From the NCBI GenBank assembly GCA_963771835.1, contig CAVYVA010000001.1, forward strand, positions 113,047 through 177,046: a DNA stretch of 64,000 nt, read 5' to 3'. This stretch comes from an uncultured Actinomycetota bacterium (GTDB taxonomy: Bacteria; Actinomycetota; Actinomycetes; Prado026). Numbering within the stretch: position 1 is the first letter of the stretch; each line of letters starts with the position of its first letter. The notes under the pieces were generated by a model that was given only the letters and a program-made list of their open reading frames with translations, was not told the origin of the DNA and ran no database searches. The position numbers were made by a program, and so were the translations under genes. Positions 43,625 to 54,349 of this stretch are shown here, piece after piece.

Positions 43625-44697
43625 GACTGATCCTCGTCGCGACCGGGGTGGGCCTGCTGATCGGCCTGTTCGGCACTCCGTTCCTGATCCGGCTGCTGCG
43701 CCGGCACGGCTACGCGCAGGCGATCCGCGACGGTGCGGACGGCTACCCGGTCCCCGCGCACGAAGGCAAGCGTGGCACCCCGTCGATGGGCGGCGTGGTG
43801 CTGGTCGTCGGGTCGGTGCTGGGCTACACCGCCGGTCACGTGTACACCTGGCACGGGCCGACGGCGAGCGGGCTGTGCGTCATCTTCCTGATGACCGGCC
43901 TGGCCCTGGTCGGTTTCGCCGACGACTACATCAAGATCTTCAAGCAACGTGCCACCGGGCTGCGGGCCAGGACCAAGCTCATCGGGCAGGCGGTGGTGTC
44001 GCTCGCGTTCGCGGCGCTGGCGCTGCACTTCCCGGACGACGACGGTCGGACGCCCGCGTCGCACGCGATCTCGTTCGTGCGGGACACGCCCCTCGTGCTG
44101 CCCATGGCCCTGTTCCTGCTGTGGGCGTACGTCATGGTCGCCGCGTCGTCGAACGGCGTGAACCTCACCGACGGGCTGGACGGTCTGGCCACCGGGACGT
44201 CGGTGATGGTCTTCGGCGCGTACGTCGTCATCGGCGTCTGGCAGTTCCGCAACGCGTGCGCCGGCGGCGCCGCCCCGCACTGCTACGAAGCCAGGGACCC
44301 GCTGGACCTGGCGGTGTTCGCCGCCGCGATGGTCGGCGCGTGCTTCGGCTTCCTGTGGTGGAACGCCTCGCCCGCGCAGATCTTCATGGGGGACACCGGC
44401 TCGCTCGCGCTCGGCGGGGCGATGGCCGGGCTGGCCATCACCACCCGCACCGAGCTGCTGCTGCTCCTGCTCGGCGGGCTGTTCGTCGTCATCACCTTGT
44501 CGGTGGTGCTGCAGGTCGCGTCGTACAAGATGACCGGCCGGCGGATCTTCCTCATGGCGCCGCTGCAGCACCACTTCGAGCTGCGCGGCTGGGGCGAGGT
44601 GACGATCGTGATCCGGTTCTGGATCATCGCCGGACTCTGCGTCGGGCTGGGGCTCGGCATCTTCTACGCCGAGTGGGTCTCGGGTGGGAACCTGTGA
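43621..44697 (+). CDS. mraY: phospho-N-acetylmuramoyl-pentapeptide transferase
   Basis: 10-TM protein with conserved [13 protein letters not shown] and [12 protein letters not shown] motifs. Confidence 0.92.
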   Translation: MRLILVATGVGLLIGLFGTPFLIRLLRRHGYAQAIRDGADGYPVPAHEGKRGTPSMGGVVLVVGSVLGYTAGHVYTWHGPTASGLCVIFLMTGLALVGFADDYIKIFKQRATGLRARTKLIGQAVVSLAFAALALHFPDDDGRTPASHAISFVRDTPLVLPMALFLLWAYVMVAASSNGVNLTDGLDGLATGTSVMVFGAYVVIGVWQFRNACAGGAAPHCYEARDPLDLAVFAAAMVGACFGFLWWNASPAQIFMGDTGSLALGGAMAGLAITTRTELLLLLLGGLFVVITLSVVLQVASYKMTGRRIFLMAPLQHHFELRGWGEVTIVIRFWIIAGLCVGLGLGIFYAEWVSGGNL

Positions 44698-46170
44698 GTC
44701 CGGACGCGCCGTCGTGGCTGGACGGCGCCGATCGCTCCTCGCCGTGGAGCGAGCTGCAGGTCTGCGTCGCCGGGCTCGGCGTCAGCGGGTTCGCCGCTGC
44801 GGACGCCCTGCTGCAGCTGGGCGCGCACGTGACGGCGGTCGACGCCAGGCCCGAGGACGTGCTCGGCGGCAAGGTGCAGGTCCTGGACACCCTCGGTGCG
44901 GACGTCCGGCTCGGCGAGGAGGAGGCCCGCGAGCTGCCCGGGACCGCGCAGCTGGTGGTGACCTCGCCGGGCTGGCGGCCCGACGCCCCGCTGCTCGCCG
45001 CCGCTGCCGCGGCCGGCGTCCCGGTCTGGGGCGAGGTCGAGCTGGCCTGGCGGCTGCGCCGCCTGGAGCGACCCGGCGCCGTGGCTGGTGGTCACGGGGA
45101 CGAACGGCAAGACCACGACGGTGAGGATGCTGGCGGCGATGCTGCAGGCCGACGGCCGGCACGCCGCGGCCGCGGGCAACGTCGGCACCCCGCTCGTGCA
45201 CACCGTGCTCGACGACGGCAGCGGCGAGGGCTACGACGTGCTCGCCGTGGAGCTGTCCAGCTTCCAGCTGCATTGGGCCACCTCGCCGGAGCCGCTGGCC
45301 TCGGCGGTCCTGAACGTCGCGCCGGACCACGTGGACTGGCACGGGACGCTGGCGGACTACGCCGCCGACAAGGGCCGTGCGTACGAGCACACGAAGGTCG
45401 CGTGCGTGTACAACGTCGCCGACCCGCAGACCGAACGGCTGGTGCGCGCCGCGGACGTGCAGGACGGATGCCGCGCGGTCGGCTTCACGCTCGGCGTCCC
45501 ATCGGTGGGGATGGTCGGGATCGTCGACGACCTGATCGTCGACCGTGCCTTCGTCGAGCAGCGCCGGGACTCGGCGGCGGAGCTCGCGTCGGTCTCCGAC
45601 GTCGTCCCGTTCGCCCCGCACAACGTCGCGAACGCCCTGGCGGCGGCCGCGCTGGCCCGGGCGTACGGGGTGCGGCCGGGTGCGGTCCGCGACGGGCTGC
45701 GCGCGTTCCGGCCCGACCCGCACCGGATCGCGCTCGTGGCGAACGTCGACGGCGTGGACTACGTCGACGACTCGAAGGCGACGAACCCGCACGCCGCGGC
45801 GGCGTCGATCGCGACCTACGACCGCGTGGTGTGGGTGGCCGGCGGCCTGGCCAAGGGGGCGTCGTTCGACGACCTCGTCGCCCGGGCGGCGCCGAGACTG
45901 CGCGGCGCGGTGCTGCTGGGCCGCGACCGGGCCGACATCGCGACCGCGCTGGCGCGACACGCGCCCGAGGTCCCCGTGGTCGAGGTGGCCAGCACCGACA
46001 CTGGGGTCATGGACGAGGTGGTGCACGCTGCCGCGCGCCTGGCCGTGGTCGGCGACACCGTCCTGCTCGCCCCCGCGTGCGCCTCGATGGACCTGTTCCG
46101 CGACTACGGCGCCAGGGGCGAGGCGTTCGCCGCCGCCGTCCGGGCGCTGGCCACGGGCAGCGGCCGGTGA
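44694..46170 (+). CDS. murD: UDP-N-acetylmuramoylalanine--D-glutamate ligase, frame break near 45.07 kb
   Basis: N-terminal Rossmann [28 protein letters not shown] in one frame; from the P-loop [14 protein letters not shown] to the C-terminus in another (ORF 45088..46170). Confidence 0.85.
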
Positions 46171-47465
46171 GCAGCACGACCAGCGCGGGCGGCCCGGCCG
46201 CACCGGACGCCGCGACCGCCGACGACCGGCCGGTCGTCCAGCGCCGCGGGACGGGCTCCCCGGTGACGCTCGGCGCGACCCTGCGGGTGCTGGACCGGCC
46301 GCTGACCTCGTACCACCTGCTGGTGGGCTGCACGTCGCTGCTGCTCGGGCTCGGGCTGGTGATGGTGCTGTCGGCGTCCAGCGTGGAGGCCTACCAGACC
46401 TCCGGCGACGCGCTGTCGATCTTCCAGAAGCAGCTGCTGTGGGCGTGCATCGGGGTGCCGGCGGCATGGGTGGCGTCGCGCACGTCGGTGCGCTGGTACC
46501 GGCGGGCCGCGATCCCGATGCTCGTCGTGGCGTTCGCGCTGCTGTGCCTCGTGCTCGTCCCGGGCGTGGGGGTGAGCGTCAACGGCAACCAGAACTGGAT
46601 CAGCTTCGGCGGGCCGTTCCGGGTGCAGCCCTCCGAGGCCGCCAAGCTCGCGCTGGTGCTGTGGTCCGCGGACCTGCTGACCCGCAAGTACAAGCTGCTG
46701 GTCGAGTGGCGGCACCTACTGGTCCCGCTGCTGCCGGTGGCCGGCGCGATGATGGGGCTGGTCCTGCTGGGCAACGACCTCGGCACCGACATGGTGCTGG
46801 TCGCGATCCTGCTCGCGGTGCTGTTCGTCGTCGGCGCCCCGGCCCGGCTGTTCGCGATGCTCGGCGGTGGGATGGTCGTGGCGGTCGCGCTGCTGTCGGC
46901 CACGGCGCCGCACCGCCTGGACCGGTTCCGGTCCTGGCTCAACCCGGACGCGGACTACCTGGGTGCCGGCTGGCAGGCCGTGCACGCGCGGTTCGCTCTC
47001 GGCAGCGGCGGCTGGTGGGGGCTCGGGCTCGGCGCCGGCCGGGAGAAGTGGGGCGGGCTGCCCGAGGCGCACACCGACTTCATCTTCGCGGTGATCGGCG
47101 AGGAGCTGGGCCTGATCGGCACCGGTGCCGTGCTCGTCCTGTTCGCGCTGCTGGTCTTCGCCGGGCTGCGGACGGCGATGCGGTCGCAGGACCTGTTCAG
47201 CCGGCTCGCCGCCGCCGGCGCCACCGCGTGGGTCGCCAGCCAGGCGCTGGTGAACATCGGCGCGGTGCTCGGGCTGCTGCCGATCGCCGGGCTGCCGCTC
47301 CCGCTGGTGTCGTACGGAGGCTCGGCGCTGCTGCCCACGCTGGTCGCGCTGGGGATGCTCGTCGCGTTCGCGCGCGACGAACCGGGTGCCAGAGCCGCGC
47401 TTGCCGCGCGCGGTCCCGGTCCGGTGCGCCGCGCCGTGGCCCGGGTCCGGCGCCGGCGAGCATGA
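46167..47465 (+). CDS. ftsW: peptidoglycan glycosyltransferase FtsW (SEDS family)
   Basis: 10-TM SEDS protein; conserved FQPSEAAKLALVLW, HTDFIFAVIGEELGLIG, PLPLVSYGGSAL. Confidence 0.9.
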   Translation: MSSTTSAGGPAAPDAATADDRPVVQRRGTGSPVTLGATLRVLDRPLTSYHLLVGCTSLLLGLGLVMVLSASSVEAYQTSGDALSIFQKQLLWACIGVPAAWVASRTSVRWYRRAAIPMLVVAFALLCLVLVPGVGVSVNGNQNWISFGGPFRVQPSEAAKLALVLWSADLLTRKYKLLVEWRHLLVPLLPVAGAMMGLVLLGNDLGTDMVLVAILLAVLFVVGAPARLFAMLGGGMVVAVALLSATAPHRLDRFRSWLNPDADYLGAGWQAVHARFALGSGGWWGLGLGAGREKWGGLPEAHTDFIFAVIGEELGLIGTGAVLVLFALLVFAGLRTAMRSQDLFSRLAAAGATAWVASQALVNIGAVLGLLPIAGLPLPLVSYGGSALLPTLVALGMLVAFARDEPGARAALAARGPGPVRRAVARVRRRRA

Positions 47466-48586
47466 CGGCGCAGCCGTTGCGCGTGGTGCTCGCCGGCGGC
47501 GGAACGGCGGGCCACATCGAGCCGGCGCTGGCGCTCGCCGACGCGCTCCGGCGCCGCGACCCGGACACGGAGGTGACGGTGCTGGGCACCGAGCGCGGGT
47601 TGGAGTCGCGGCTGGTCCCCGAGCGCGGCTACCCGCTGGAGCTCATCGGCTCGGTGCCGGTGCCGCGCCGCCCCTCCAAGGACCTGCTGACGCTGCCGTC
47701 CCGGTTGCGCGCCGCGCGCCGCGGCGCCGACCGGGTGCTGGCGAGGACCCGCGCCGACGTGCTGGTCGGCTTCGGCGGATACGCGTCGGCGCCGGCGTAC
47801 CTGGCCGCGCGGCACCGGCACCTGCCGTACGTCGTGCACGAGGCGAACGTCCGCCCGGGTCTGGCCAACCGCCTCGGTGCGCGCTCGACCCCGTGGGTCG
47901 CGGTGGCTGTCCGCGGCACGCGGCTGCCGCACGCCCGGTACGTGGGCATGCCGTTGCGCCGGTCGATCACGACGCTGGACCGGCCCGCCCGGCGGGCGTC
48001 CGCGCGGACCGGCTTCGGGCTCGACGAGGACCGGCCGACCCTGCTCGTCTTCGGTGGCTCCCAGGGTGCCCGCCGCGTCAACGACGCGGTCGCCGGTGCC
48101 CGCGCCGGTCTGGCCGGCGCAGGTGTCCAGGTGCTGCACATCGTCGGACCGAAGAACGCGGCGCCCGCCGACGCTGCGGGCGGGCCGGGCCCGGGACCGG
48201 CCGCGCCGCCGTACGTGCGCCTGGACTACTGCGACCGGATGGACCTCGCGTACGCGGCCGCCGACCTCGCGCTGTGCCGCGCCGGCATGACCACCTGCGC
48301 CGAGCTGACCGTGGTCGGCCTGCCGGCGGCGTACGTCCCGCTGCCCATCGGGAACGGTGAGCAGCGGATGAACGCCGAGCCGATCGTCGCCGCCGGCGGG
48401 GGCATCCTCGTCGCCGACGAGGACTGCACGCCCGGCTGGGTGCTGTCGACGGTCCTGCCGCTGCTGCTGGACGGCGGACGGCTGGCGGCCATGGGCCGGG
48501 CCGCCGCCGCGCTGGGGCGGCCGGATGCCGACGAGCTGCTCGCTGACCTGGTGCTGCAGGCGGCCGGACGGGAGGGCCGGTCGTGA
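47462..48586 (+). CDS. murG: UDP-N-acetylglucosamine--N-acetylmuramyl-(pentapeptide) pyrophosphoryl-undecaprenol N-acetylglucosamine transferase
   Basis: GT28: VVLAGGGTAGHIEPALALA, FGGSQGA, CRAGMTTCAEL. Confidence 0.9.
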   Translation: MTAQPLRVVLAGGGTAGHIEPALALADALRRRDPDTEVTVLGTERGLESRLVPERGYPLELIGSVPVPRRPSKDLLTLPSRLRAARRGADRVLARTRADVLVGFGGYASAPAYLAARHRHLPYVVHEANVRPGLANRLGARSTPWVAVAVRGTRLPHARYVGMPLRRSITTLDRPARRASARTGFGLDEDRPTLLVFGGSQGARRVNDAVAGARAGLAGAGVQVLHIVGPKNAAPADAAGGPGPGPAAPPYVRLDYCDRMDLAYAAADLALCRAGMTTCAELTVVGLPAAYVPLPIGNGEQRMNAEPIVAAGGGILVADEDCTPGWVLSTVLPLLLDGGRLAAMGRAAAALGRPDADELLADLVLQAAGREGRS

Positions 48587-49995
48587 CCGAGGTCGCGGGG
48601 GTTCCCCCGCTCGCCGGGCTCGGTCGCGTGCACTTCGTGGGGGTTGGCGGCACCGGGATGTCCGGGATCGCGCGGATCCTCATCGCGCGCGGGCTCACCG
48701 TCGGCGGCAGCGACGCGAAAGACTCCCGCGACCTTGCGGCGCTCAAGGTCCTCGGTGCGGACGTGCACGTGGGGCACCGCGCCGAACAGGTGCACGGCGC
48801 CGACACCGTGGTGGTGTCCACGGCGATCCGTCCCGACAACCCCGAGGTGCTCGAGGCGCACCGGCTGGGGCTGCGGGTGCTGCGCCGCGCCGAGGCGCTG
48901 GCGGCCGTGATGGCCGAACGCCGCTCGGTCGCGGTGGCCGGGACGCACGGCAAGACCACGACGACGTCGTTGCTCACCGTGGCGCTGCAGCACTGCGGCG
49001 CCGACCCCTCGTTCGCGATCGGCGGCAACCTCAGCGACTCCGGGGTGAACGCGCACAGCGGCACCGGCGAGCTGTTCGTCGCGGAGGCGGACGAGTCGGA
49101 CGGGTCGTTCCTGCTGCTCGCGCCGTTCGCCGCGGTGGTGACCAACGTCGAGGCCGACCACCTCGACTACTACGTGACGGCCACGGCGGTGCAGGAGGCG
49201 TTCGACGCGTTCGCCGGCACGGTGGACCGCTCCGGCTTCATGGTGACCTGCGTGGACGACCCGGGCGCCGCGCGGCTCGCCGGCACTGCCGCGGCGGACG
49301 GCTTGGCCGTCGTCACGTACGGGGAGACGGCCGGTGCCGACATCCGGGTGGAGCGGCTGCGGATGGAGGGCACCGGCTCGGCGTTCGAGGTCGTGCACCG
49401 CGGCCGGCGGCTGGGCCCGGTGCGGCTGCGCATCCCCGGACGGCACAACGCGCTGAACGCCGCCGCCGCGCTGGCTGCGGGCATGGAGCTGGGACTGCCC
49501 GAGGGCGTGCTCCGGGAGGGACTGGCCGGCTTCACCGGGACGCGGCGCCGGTTCGAGCTGAAGGGCGAGGCCGGCGGCGTCCGGGTCTTCGACGACTATG
49601 CGCACCACCCGACCGAGATCACCGCGGTGCTGCGGGCCGCCCGCTCGGTGGCCGGCCCGGGCCGCCTGGTCGTGGCCTTCCAGCCGCACCGCTACTCGCG
49701 CACCGCGGCGTTCCGGGAGGAGTTCGGCACTGCGCTCGGCCTGGCCGACGAGGTCGTCGTGCTCGAGGTGTACCCGGCCGGCGAGGACCCGCTGCCCGGC
49801 GCGTCCGGAGCCGGCGTGGCCGCCGCCGTCCCGCTGGCCGGGCACGTGGCGTTCGAGCCGTCCTGGTCTGCCGTCGCCGGCCGGCTGGCGACGCTGGCCG
49901 GTCCGGGCGACCTCGTGCTCACGCTGGGGGCCGGCGACGTGACGATGATCGGACCCGAGGTCCTCGCCCTGCTGTCGGCCCGGGAGGCGTCGTGA
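48583..49995 (+). CDS. murC: UDP-N-acetylmuramate--L-alanine ligase
   Basis: VHFVGVGGTGMSGIA, AGTHGKTTTTSLL; 470 aa. Confidence 0.92.
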   Translation: MTEVAGVPPLAGLGRVHFVGVGGTGMSGIARILIARGLTVGGSDAKDSRDLAALKVLGADVHVGHRAEQVHGADTVVVSTAIRPDNPEVLEAHRLGLRVLRRAEALAAVMAERRSVAVAGTHGKTTTTSLLTVALQHCGADPSFAIGGNLSDSGVNAHSGTGELFVAEADESDGSFLLLAPFAAVVTNVEADHLDYYVTATAVQEAFDAFAGTVDRSGFMVTCVDDPGAARLAGTAAADGLAVVTYGETAGADIRVERLRMEGTGSAFEVVHRGRRLGPVRLRIPGRHNALNAAAALAAGMELGLPEGVLREGLAGFTGTRRRFELKGEAGGVRVFDDYAHHPTEITAVLRAARSVAGPGRLVVAFQPHRYSRTAAFREEFGTALGLADEVVVLEVYPAGEDPLPGASGAGVAAAVPLAGHVAFEPSWSAVAGRLATLAGPGDLVLTLGAGDVTMIGPEVLALLSAREAS

Positions 49996-50768
49996 GCGCC
50001 GGGCCGACGCGACTGCGGCCGCGGCCACCGGCGGGTGCCGCCGCCGAGCCGGGACCGGCCGCGGACCTCAGGTTCCGCTCCCGGAGACGCTCGTTGCGGC
50101 TGCGGCGCCTGGTCAAGATCGGGGTCCCGTTGCTGGTGGTCGCGCTGGTCGCGGCGGCGGCCTGGGTGGTGCTCGCCTCCCCGTTCCTGGCGGTGACGAC
50201 CGTCCGCGTGGTCGGCACGCACCGGCTGACCACGGCCCAGGTCGAGCAGGCCGCCGGCGTCGCGAACGGCCGGCCGCTCGTCCGCGTCGACGTGACCGAA
50301 GCCCAGCGGCGCGTCGAGCAGCTGCGGGTCGTCCGCTCCGCCGCGGTCACCCGGAGCTGGCCGCACACCGTGGTCATCACCGTCGTCGAGCGCGTCCCGG
50401 TGGCGACCGCCCGGACGGCCACCGGGAGCTGGCTCCTGCTGGACGTCGACGGCGTGGCGGTCACCCAGGCGGCCAGCCGCCCCCAGGGTCTGGTCCTGCT
50501 GAAGGTGGACCCGGGTACGACATCGCCGGACGCGCTCGCGGCCGCAGCCTCGGTGGCGGCCGCCCTGCCGCCCGCCCTGCGGTCCAACGTCGACGACATC
50601 ACCGCCGCCACCGCGGACTCGGTGCGGCTGGACCTCACCGGTGGCTCAGTGGTCAGGTGGGGCGACGCCCAGGACAACGCCAGCAAGGCGAAGGTCCTGA
50701 CCGTCCTGCTGACCCATCACGCGCACGTCTACGACGTCACCGCGCCGGGGTTCGCGACGACGTCCTGA
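49992..50768 (+). CDS. ftsQ: cell division protein FtsQ (POTRA domain)
   Basis: GTGA overlap with murC; N-terminal Arg-rich tail, single TM (IGVPLLVVALVAAAAWVVLA), POTRA (FLAVTTVRVVGTHRLT), beta domain. Confidence 0.85.
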   Translation: MSAGPTRLRPRPPAGAAAEPGPAADLRFRSRRRSLRLRRLVKIGVPLLVVALVAAAAWVVLASPFLAVTTVRVVGTHRLTTAQVEQAAGVANGRPLVRVDVTEAQRRVEQLRVVRSAAVTRSWPHTVVITVVERVPVATARTATGSWLLLDVDGVAVTQAASRPQGLVLLKVDPGTTSPDALAAAASVAAALPPALRSNVDDITAATADSVRLDLTGGSVVRWGDAQDNASKAKVLTVLLTHHAHVYDVTAPGFATTS

Positions 50769-50789
50769 GCCTGCGCCGAGGAGGACGCG

Positions 50790-51318
50790 ATGGAACCGCA
50801 GCTCGTGCACCGGAACGACCCGGCCACGGAGTCGGACGAACGCACCATGCTCGAGGCCTGGCTGGAGTACCACCGAGCCACCCTGGCGCTGAAGTGTGCC
50901 GGGCTGGACGACGAACAGCTCCGGTTGCGCGCGGTACCGCCGTCGAACCTGTCCCTGGTTGGCCTGGTCCGGCACATGGCCGAGGTGGAGCGATGGTGGT
51001 TCCGGACCGTGCTCGCGGGGGAGCAGGTCGGCGACGTGTACTGCACCCCGGACAGCCCGGACGCCGACTTCGACGAGGTCGACGAGGCGAGCGGGGTCGA
51101 GGCGTTCGCCACCTGGCGGTCCGAGTGCGACCAGGCGCGGGCTCGCGCGGCCGAGCACACCGACCTGGCGGATGTCGGCATCCGGCCCCGTGGCGCCGAC
51201 GTGGGCGCAGCGTGTCTCGTTGCGCTGGATCTACGTGCACATGGTCGAGGAGTACGCCCGGCACAACGGCCACGCGGATCTCCTGCGTGAGCGCATCGAC
51301 GGCGTCGTGGGGGAATGA
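50790..51318 (+). CDS. DinB_2/DUF664 (mycothiol-dependent maleylpyruvate-isomerase N-terminal-like, metal-dependent four-helix bundle) protein; frame break near 51.18 kb
   Basis: N-terminal half in ORF 50790..51290 ([26 protein letters not shown]...[14 protein letters not shown]) and C-terminal half in ORF 50896..51318 ([26 protein letters not shown]) together form the DUF664 fold; inserted between ftsQ and ftsZ. Confidence 0.55.
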
Positions 51319-51385
51319 CTCTCTTTCGGGTGGATTTCGGCGTTCGAGTTGACCGTGGGCGCGAGGTGCGCCTAACGTCCTCCAC

Positions 51386-51421
51386 TACCTCAGGTTGACA
51401 TAACTGTAACCCTGTACCTGA
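51386..51421. promoter_or_regulatory. AT-rich ftsZ upstream region containing an 8-bp inverted repeat (CCTCAGGT-N20-ACCTGAGG) that encloses a TTGACA hexamer
   Basis: Read from sequence; local GC ~50% versus ~72% flanks; lies ~45-75 bp upstream of ftsZ start. Confidence 0.35.
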
Positions 51422-51461
51422 GGCTAAGGGTCGAGGAGTTCGAGGCACCGAGGGGTTCACC

Positions 51462-52625
51462 GTGGCTGCACCGCAGAACTACATCGCCGTGATCAAGGTG
51501 GTCGGCATCGGCGGCGGCGGCGTCAACGCCGTCAACCGCATGATCGACGTCGGGCTCAAGGGCGTTGAGTTCATCGCCATCAACACCGACGCGCAGGCGC
51601 TGTTAATGAGCGACGCCGACGTGAAGCTCGACATCGGTCGCGAGCTCACCCGTGGGCTCGGCGCCGGCGCCGACCCCGAGGTCGGCGAGCACGCCGCCCG
51701 GGACCACGCCGAGGAGATCGAAGAGGTCCTCAAGGGCGCCGACATGGTCTTCGTGACCGCCGGCGAAGGCGGCGGCACCGGGACCGGCGGCGCCCCCGTC
51801 GTCGCCAAGATCGCGCGATCGATCGGTGCGCTGACCGTCGGTGTCGTGACCCGTCCGTTCAGCTTCGAAGGTCGCCGCCGGGCCCAGCAGGCCGAGGCCG
51901 GCATCGAGTCGCTGCGGGCCGAGGTCGACACTCTCATCGTCATCCCGAACGACCGGCTGCTGTCCATCTCGGACCGCAACGTGTCGGCCCTCGACGCCTT
52001 CCGCTCCGCCGACCAGGTGCTGCTCTCGGGTGTCCAGGGGATCACCGACCTCATCACCACGGCCGGGCTGATCAACCTCGACTTCGCCGACGTCAAGTCC
52101 GTCATGTCGGGCGCGGGCTCGGCCCTCATGGGCATCGGCTCCGCGCGCGGCGAGGAGCGCGCCGTCCAGGCCGCCCGGGCGGCCATCTCGAGCCCGCTCC
52201 TGGAGGCGTCCATCGACGGCGCCCGCGGGGTCCTGCTCTCGGTGTCCGGAGGTTCGGACCTCGGCCTGTTCGAGATCAACGAGGCCGCCCGACTCGTCTC
52301 CGAGTCGGCGCACCCCGAGGCGAACATCATCTTCGGCGCGGTCATCGACGATGCCTTGGGCGATGAGGTGCGGGTCACGGTCATCGCCGCCGGCTTCGAC
52401 GGAGGCCAGCCCAAGACCCTGTCCTCCATGCCCCCGGTCGCAGCGGCGGTGCCGCACGTGTCCGAGCGACCGGCGCCAACCGCTGACGAGACCGCCGTCC
52501 CGTCCGGGCCGGCCGAACCGCCCGAGCGCGAGATCACGCTGCCCGAGCCGAAGAAGCCGCGCACGATCCTCTTCGACGACTCCACGACCGACGACGACCT
52601 CGACGTCCCCGACTTCCTGAAGTAG
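51462..52625 (+). CDS. ftsZ: cell division GTPase FtsZ
   Basis: [17 protein letters not shown], tubulin signature GGGTGTG(G)AP, NTDAQAL, T7 loop NLDFADV; acidic C-terminal peptide [10 protein letters not shown]. Confidence 0.95.
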   Translation: MAAPQNYIAVIKVVGIGGGGVNAVNRMIDVGLKGVEFIAINTDAQALLMSDADVKLDIGRELTRGLGAGADPEVGEHAARDHAEEIEEVLKGADMVFVTAGEGGGTGTGGAPVVAKIARSIGALTVGVVTRPFSFEGRRRAQQAEAGIESLRAEVDTLIVIPNDRLLSISDRNVSALDAFRSADQVLLSGVQGITDLITTAGLINLDFADVKSVMSGAGSALMGIGSARGEERAVQAARAAISSPLLEASIDGARGVLLSVSGGSDLGLFEINEAARLVSESAHPEANIIFGAVIDDALGDEVRVTVIAAGFDGGQPKTLSSMPPVAAAVPHVSERPAPTADETAVPSGPAEPPEREITLPEPKKPRTILFDDSTTDDDLDVPDFLK

Positions 52626-52646
52626 GCCGACCGAGGTTCCAGGCGC

Positions 52647-53042
52647 TCAGCCGGGACCAGGCAACGCGCCCGCTGCCAGGAGAACCTCATGCGCCGCCCG
52701 GAACGCCTGACGCCCGGCTGGCGTGCCGCAGTACACGGTGGCGTGAATCAGTACCTCCTTGATCTCGTCGACCGATACGCCGGTAGTCAGCGCGCCCTTC
52801 ACGTAGATGCCCAGCTCGTCGGGCCGCCCCAGCGCCGTCAGGATCGCAAGATTCAGCATGCTCCGTGTCTTGCGATCCAGACCTGGCCTGCTCCAGGCGT
52901 ATCCCCACGCCCACTCGGTCACGACACGCTGAAATGCCATCATGAACTCGTCGGTGTCAGCCAGGTTCGCGTCGACGTACTCAGCACCCAGCACGTCTCG
53001 ACGCGCCTGAAGGCCCCTCTCGAACAGTTCGCTTTCTGCCAT
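52647..53042 (-). CDS. carboxymuconolactone decarboxylase (CMD/AhpD-like) family protein
   Basis: 131 aa; MMAFQRVVTEWAWGYAWSRPGLDRKTRSMLNLAILTALGRPDEL...LIHATVYCGTPAG is the CMD-family core. Confidence 0.8.
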   Translation of the reverse strand: MAESELFERGLQARRDVLGAEYVDANLADTDEFMMAFQRVVTEWAWGYAWSRPGLDRKTRSMLNLAILTALGRPDELGIYVKGALTTGVSVDEIKEVLIHATVYCGTPAGRQAFRAAHEVLLAAGALPGPG

Positions 53043-53128
53043 GGCGGGCGAGTCCTTCCTCAGTGGAGACCAACGCCGCAGGTGGGGTACCTCGGCGCTT
53101 ACGGCGCGCCAGACAATTGCAGTCCGGA

Positions 53129-53365
53129 CTATCGGACATCGCTCCTAGCGTTGTCCATATCCATCCCCCGAGCTGGCGCTGGCGGTTCGACAGACGCTGG
53201 GCTCTGCTCGGACGTGGCGTCGGCCGGATGGGTAGGGCCGGGTCGAGGTTGCACGACCAAGGCGACGGTAGCGACGGCGGTGATCACGATTCCCGAGACC
53301 GCGATCGTCAGGTTTGCGCCGATGTGGTTGATGAGGATGGCGACCAGCGGGAGCCCGACGCTCAA
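53129..53365 (-). CDS. small hydrophobic protein or transporter remnant (78 aa)
   Basis: N-terminal 35 residues strongly hydrophobic (LPLVAILINHIGANLTIAVSGIVITAVATVALVV), Pro-rich tail; may be a gene fragment. Confidence 0.2.
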   Translation of the reverse strand: MSVGLPLVAILINHIGANLTIAVSGIVITAVATVALVVQPRPGPTHPADATSEQSPASVEPPAPARGMDMDNARSDVR

Positions 53366-53432
53366 CAGTGAGGGAGGTGCTGCCCGGTCGCAGGGCCTCG
53401 CATGACGAGCGCGGATTGGGCAATCTGTACAC

Positions 53433-54206
53433 GTGGCGAAGGCAGGTGGGCGGCGCGGTGGGCCGGACGAAGGTGCGCTGCTGGCGCTCTTCCGTGCGAT
53501 CGATTCACGCGACGACCTCGAGATTGCGCGACGGCTGGACTCATCGCGCGATCTCGCAAACTGTCCGATTCACGTCGGGGCTAGCCGCCATGATGCCGAG
53601 ACGTACTTCCTTGCTGCGATCCGTCACTACGTGTACGGCGGCGACACGGCGCTGCACATCGCTGCCGCCGCGCATCAACGAGAACTCGCCGAGTCGCTCG
53701 TCACAAGAGGCGCCGACGTTCGCGCTCGTAACCGAAGAGGAGCGGAACCGCTCCACTACGCCGCCGACGGGAGTCCCGGCGGGGAGCACTGGGATCCGGT
53801 GGCACAAGGTGACGTGATCACGTATCTCATCGAAGCGGGCGCTGATCCGAACGCGCTCGACAACAGCGGTGTGGCGCCGCTGCATCGAGCCGTTCGGACT
53901 CGTTGCTCAGCGGCGGTCAGCGCCCTCATCGAGAACGGTGGGACTCCGCAGCTGATGAACAAGAACGGTTCGACACCGCTGCACCTCGCCGTTCAGAGCA
54001 CAGGCCGGAGCGATTCTGGCTCGGCAGCGGCGAAAGGCGAACAGGGTCGGATCATCGCCGTGCTTCTCGAACACGGCGCGAGTCCAACCGATGTCGATGC
54101 GAACGGCAAGACCGTCGCGGCCGCAGCATCCAGTGACTGGATCCGTGAACTGCTCGGCATCCCTGACCGCGCTGGTTGGCACCGGAGATTCGACAGGGGA
54201 GGCTGA
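53433..54206 (+). CDS. ankyrin-repeat protein
   Basis: GTG start; 4-5 ANK repeats recognisable (GDTALHIAAAAHQRELAESLVTRGADVRARNRRGAEPLHYAA; GADPNALDNSGVAPLHRAV; GGTPQLMNKNGSTPLHLAV; GASPTDVDANGKT). Confidence 0.75.
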   Translation: MAKAGGRRGGPDEGALLALFRAIDSRDDLEIARRLDSSRDLANCPIHVGASRHDAETYFLAAIRHYVYGGDTALHIAAAAHQRELAESLVTRGADVRARNRRGAEPLHYAADGSPGGEHWDPVAQGDVITYLIEAGADPNALDNSGVAPLHRAVRTRCSAAVSALIENGGTPQLMNKNGSTPLHLAVQSTGRSDSGSAAAKGEQGRIIAVLLEHGASPTDVDANGKTVAAAASSDWIRELLGIPDRAGWHRRFDRGG

Positions 54207-54349
54207 AAGGCACGGGGTCGATGCTCTCCGAAGTGTGGATCTTGAGGTACCTGTGCCAGCGGAGCCGGCACAGTGGTTCTCCGCCGCCGAGACGCGTTCA
54301 GCGCTTCATGACCGCGCCTCGCACATGAGCGCCTCGGAACTCAGCGAAG

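Noticed and set aside
51393-51430. Defined sigma-A -35/-10 pair for ftsZ
   Set aside because: A TTGACA hexamer is present, but no convincing TANNNT -10 lies 16-19 bp downstream, so only a promoter-like AT-rich region with an inverted repeat is reported.
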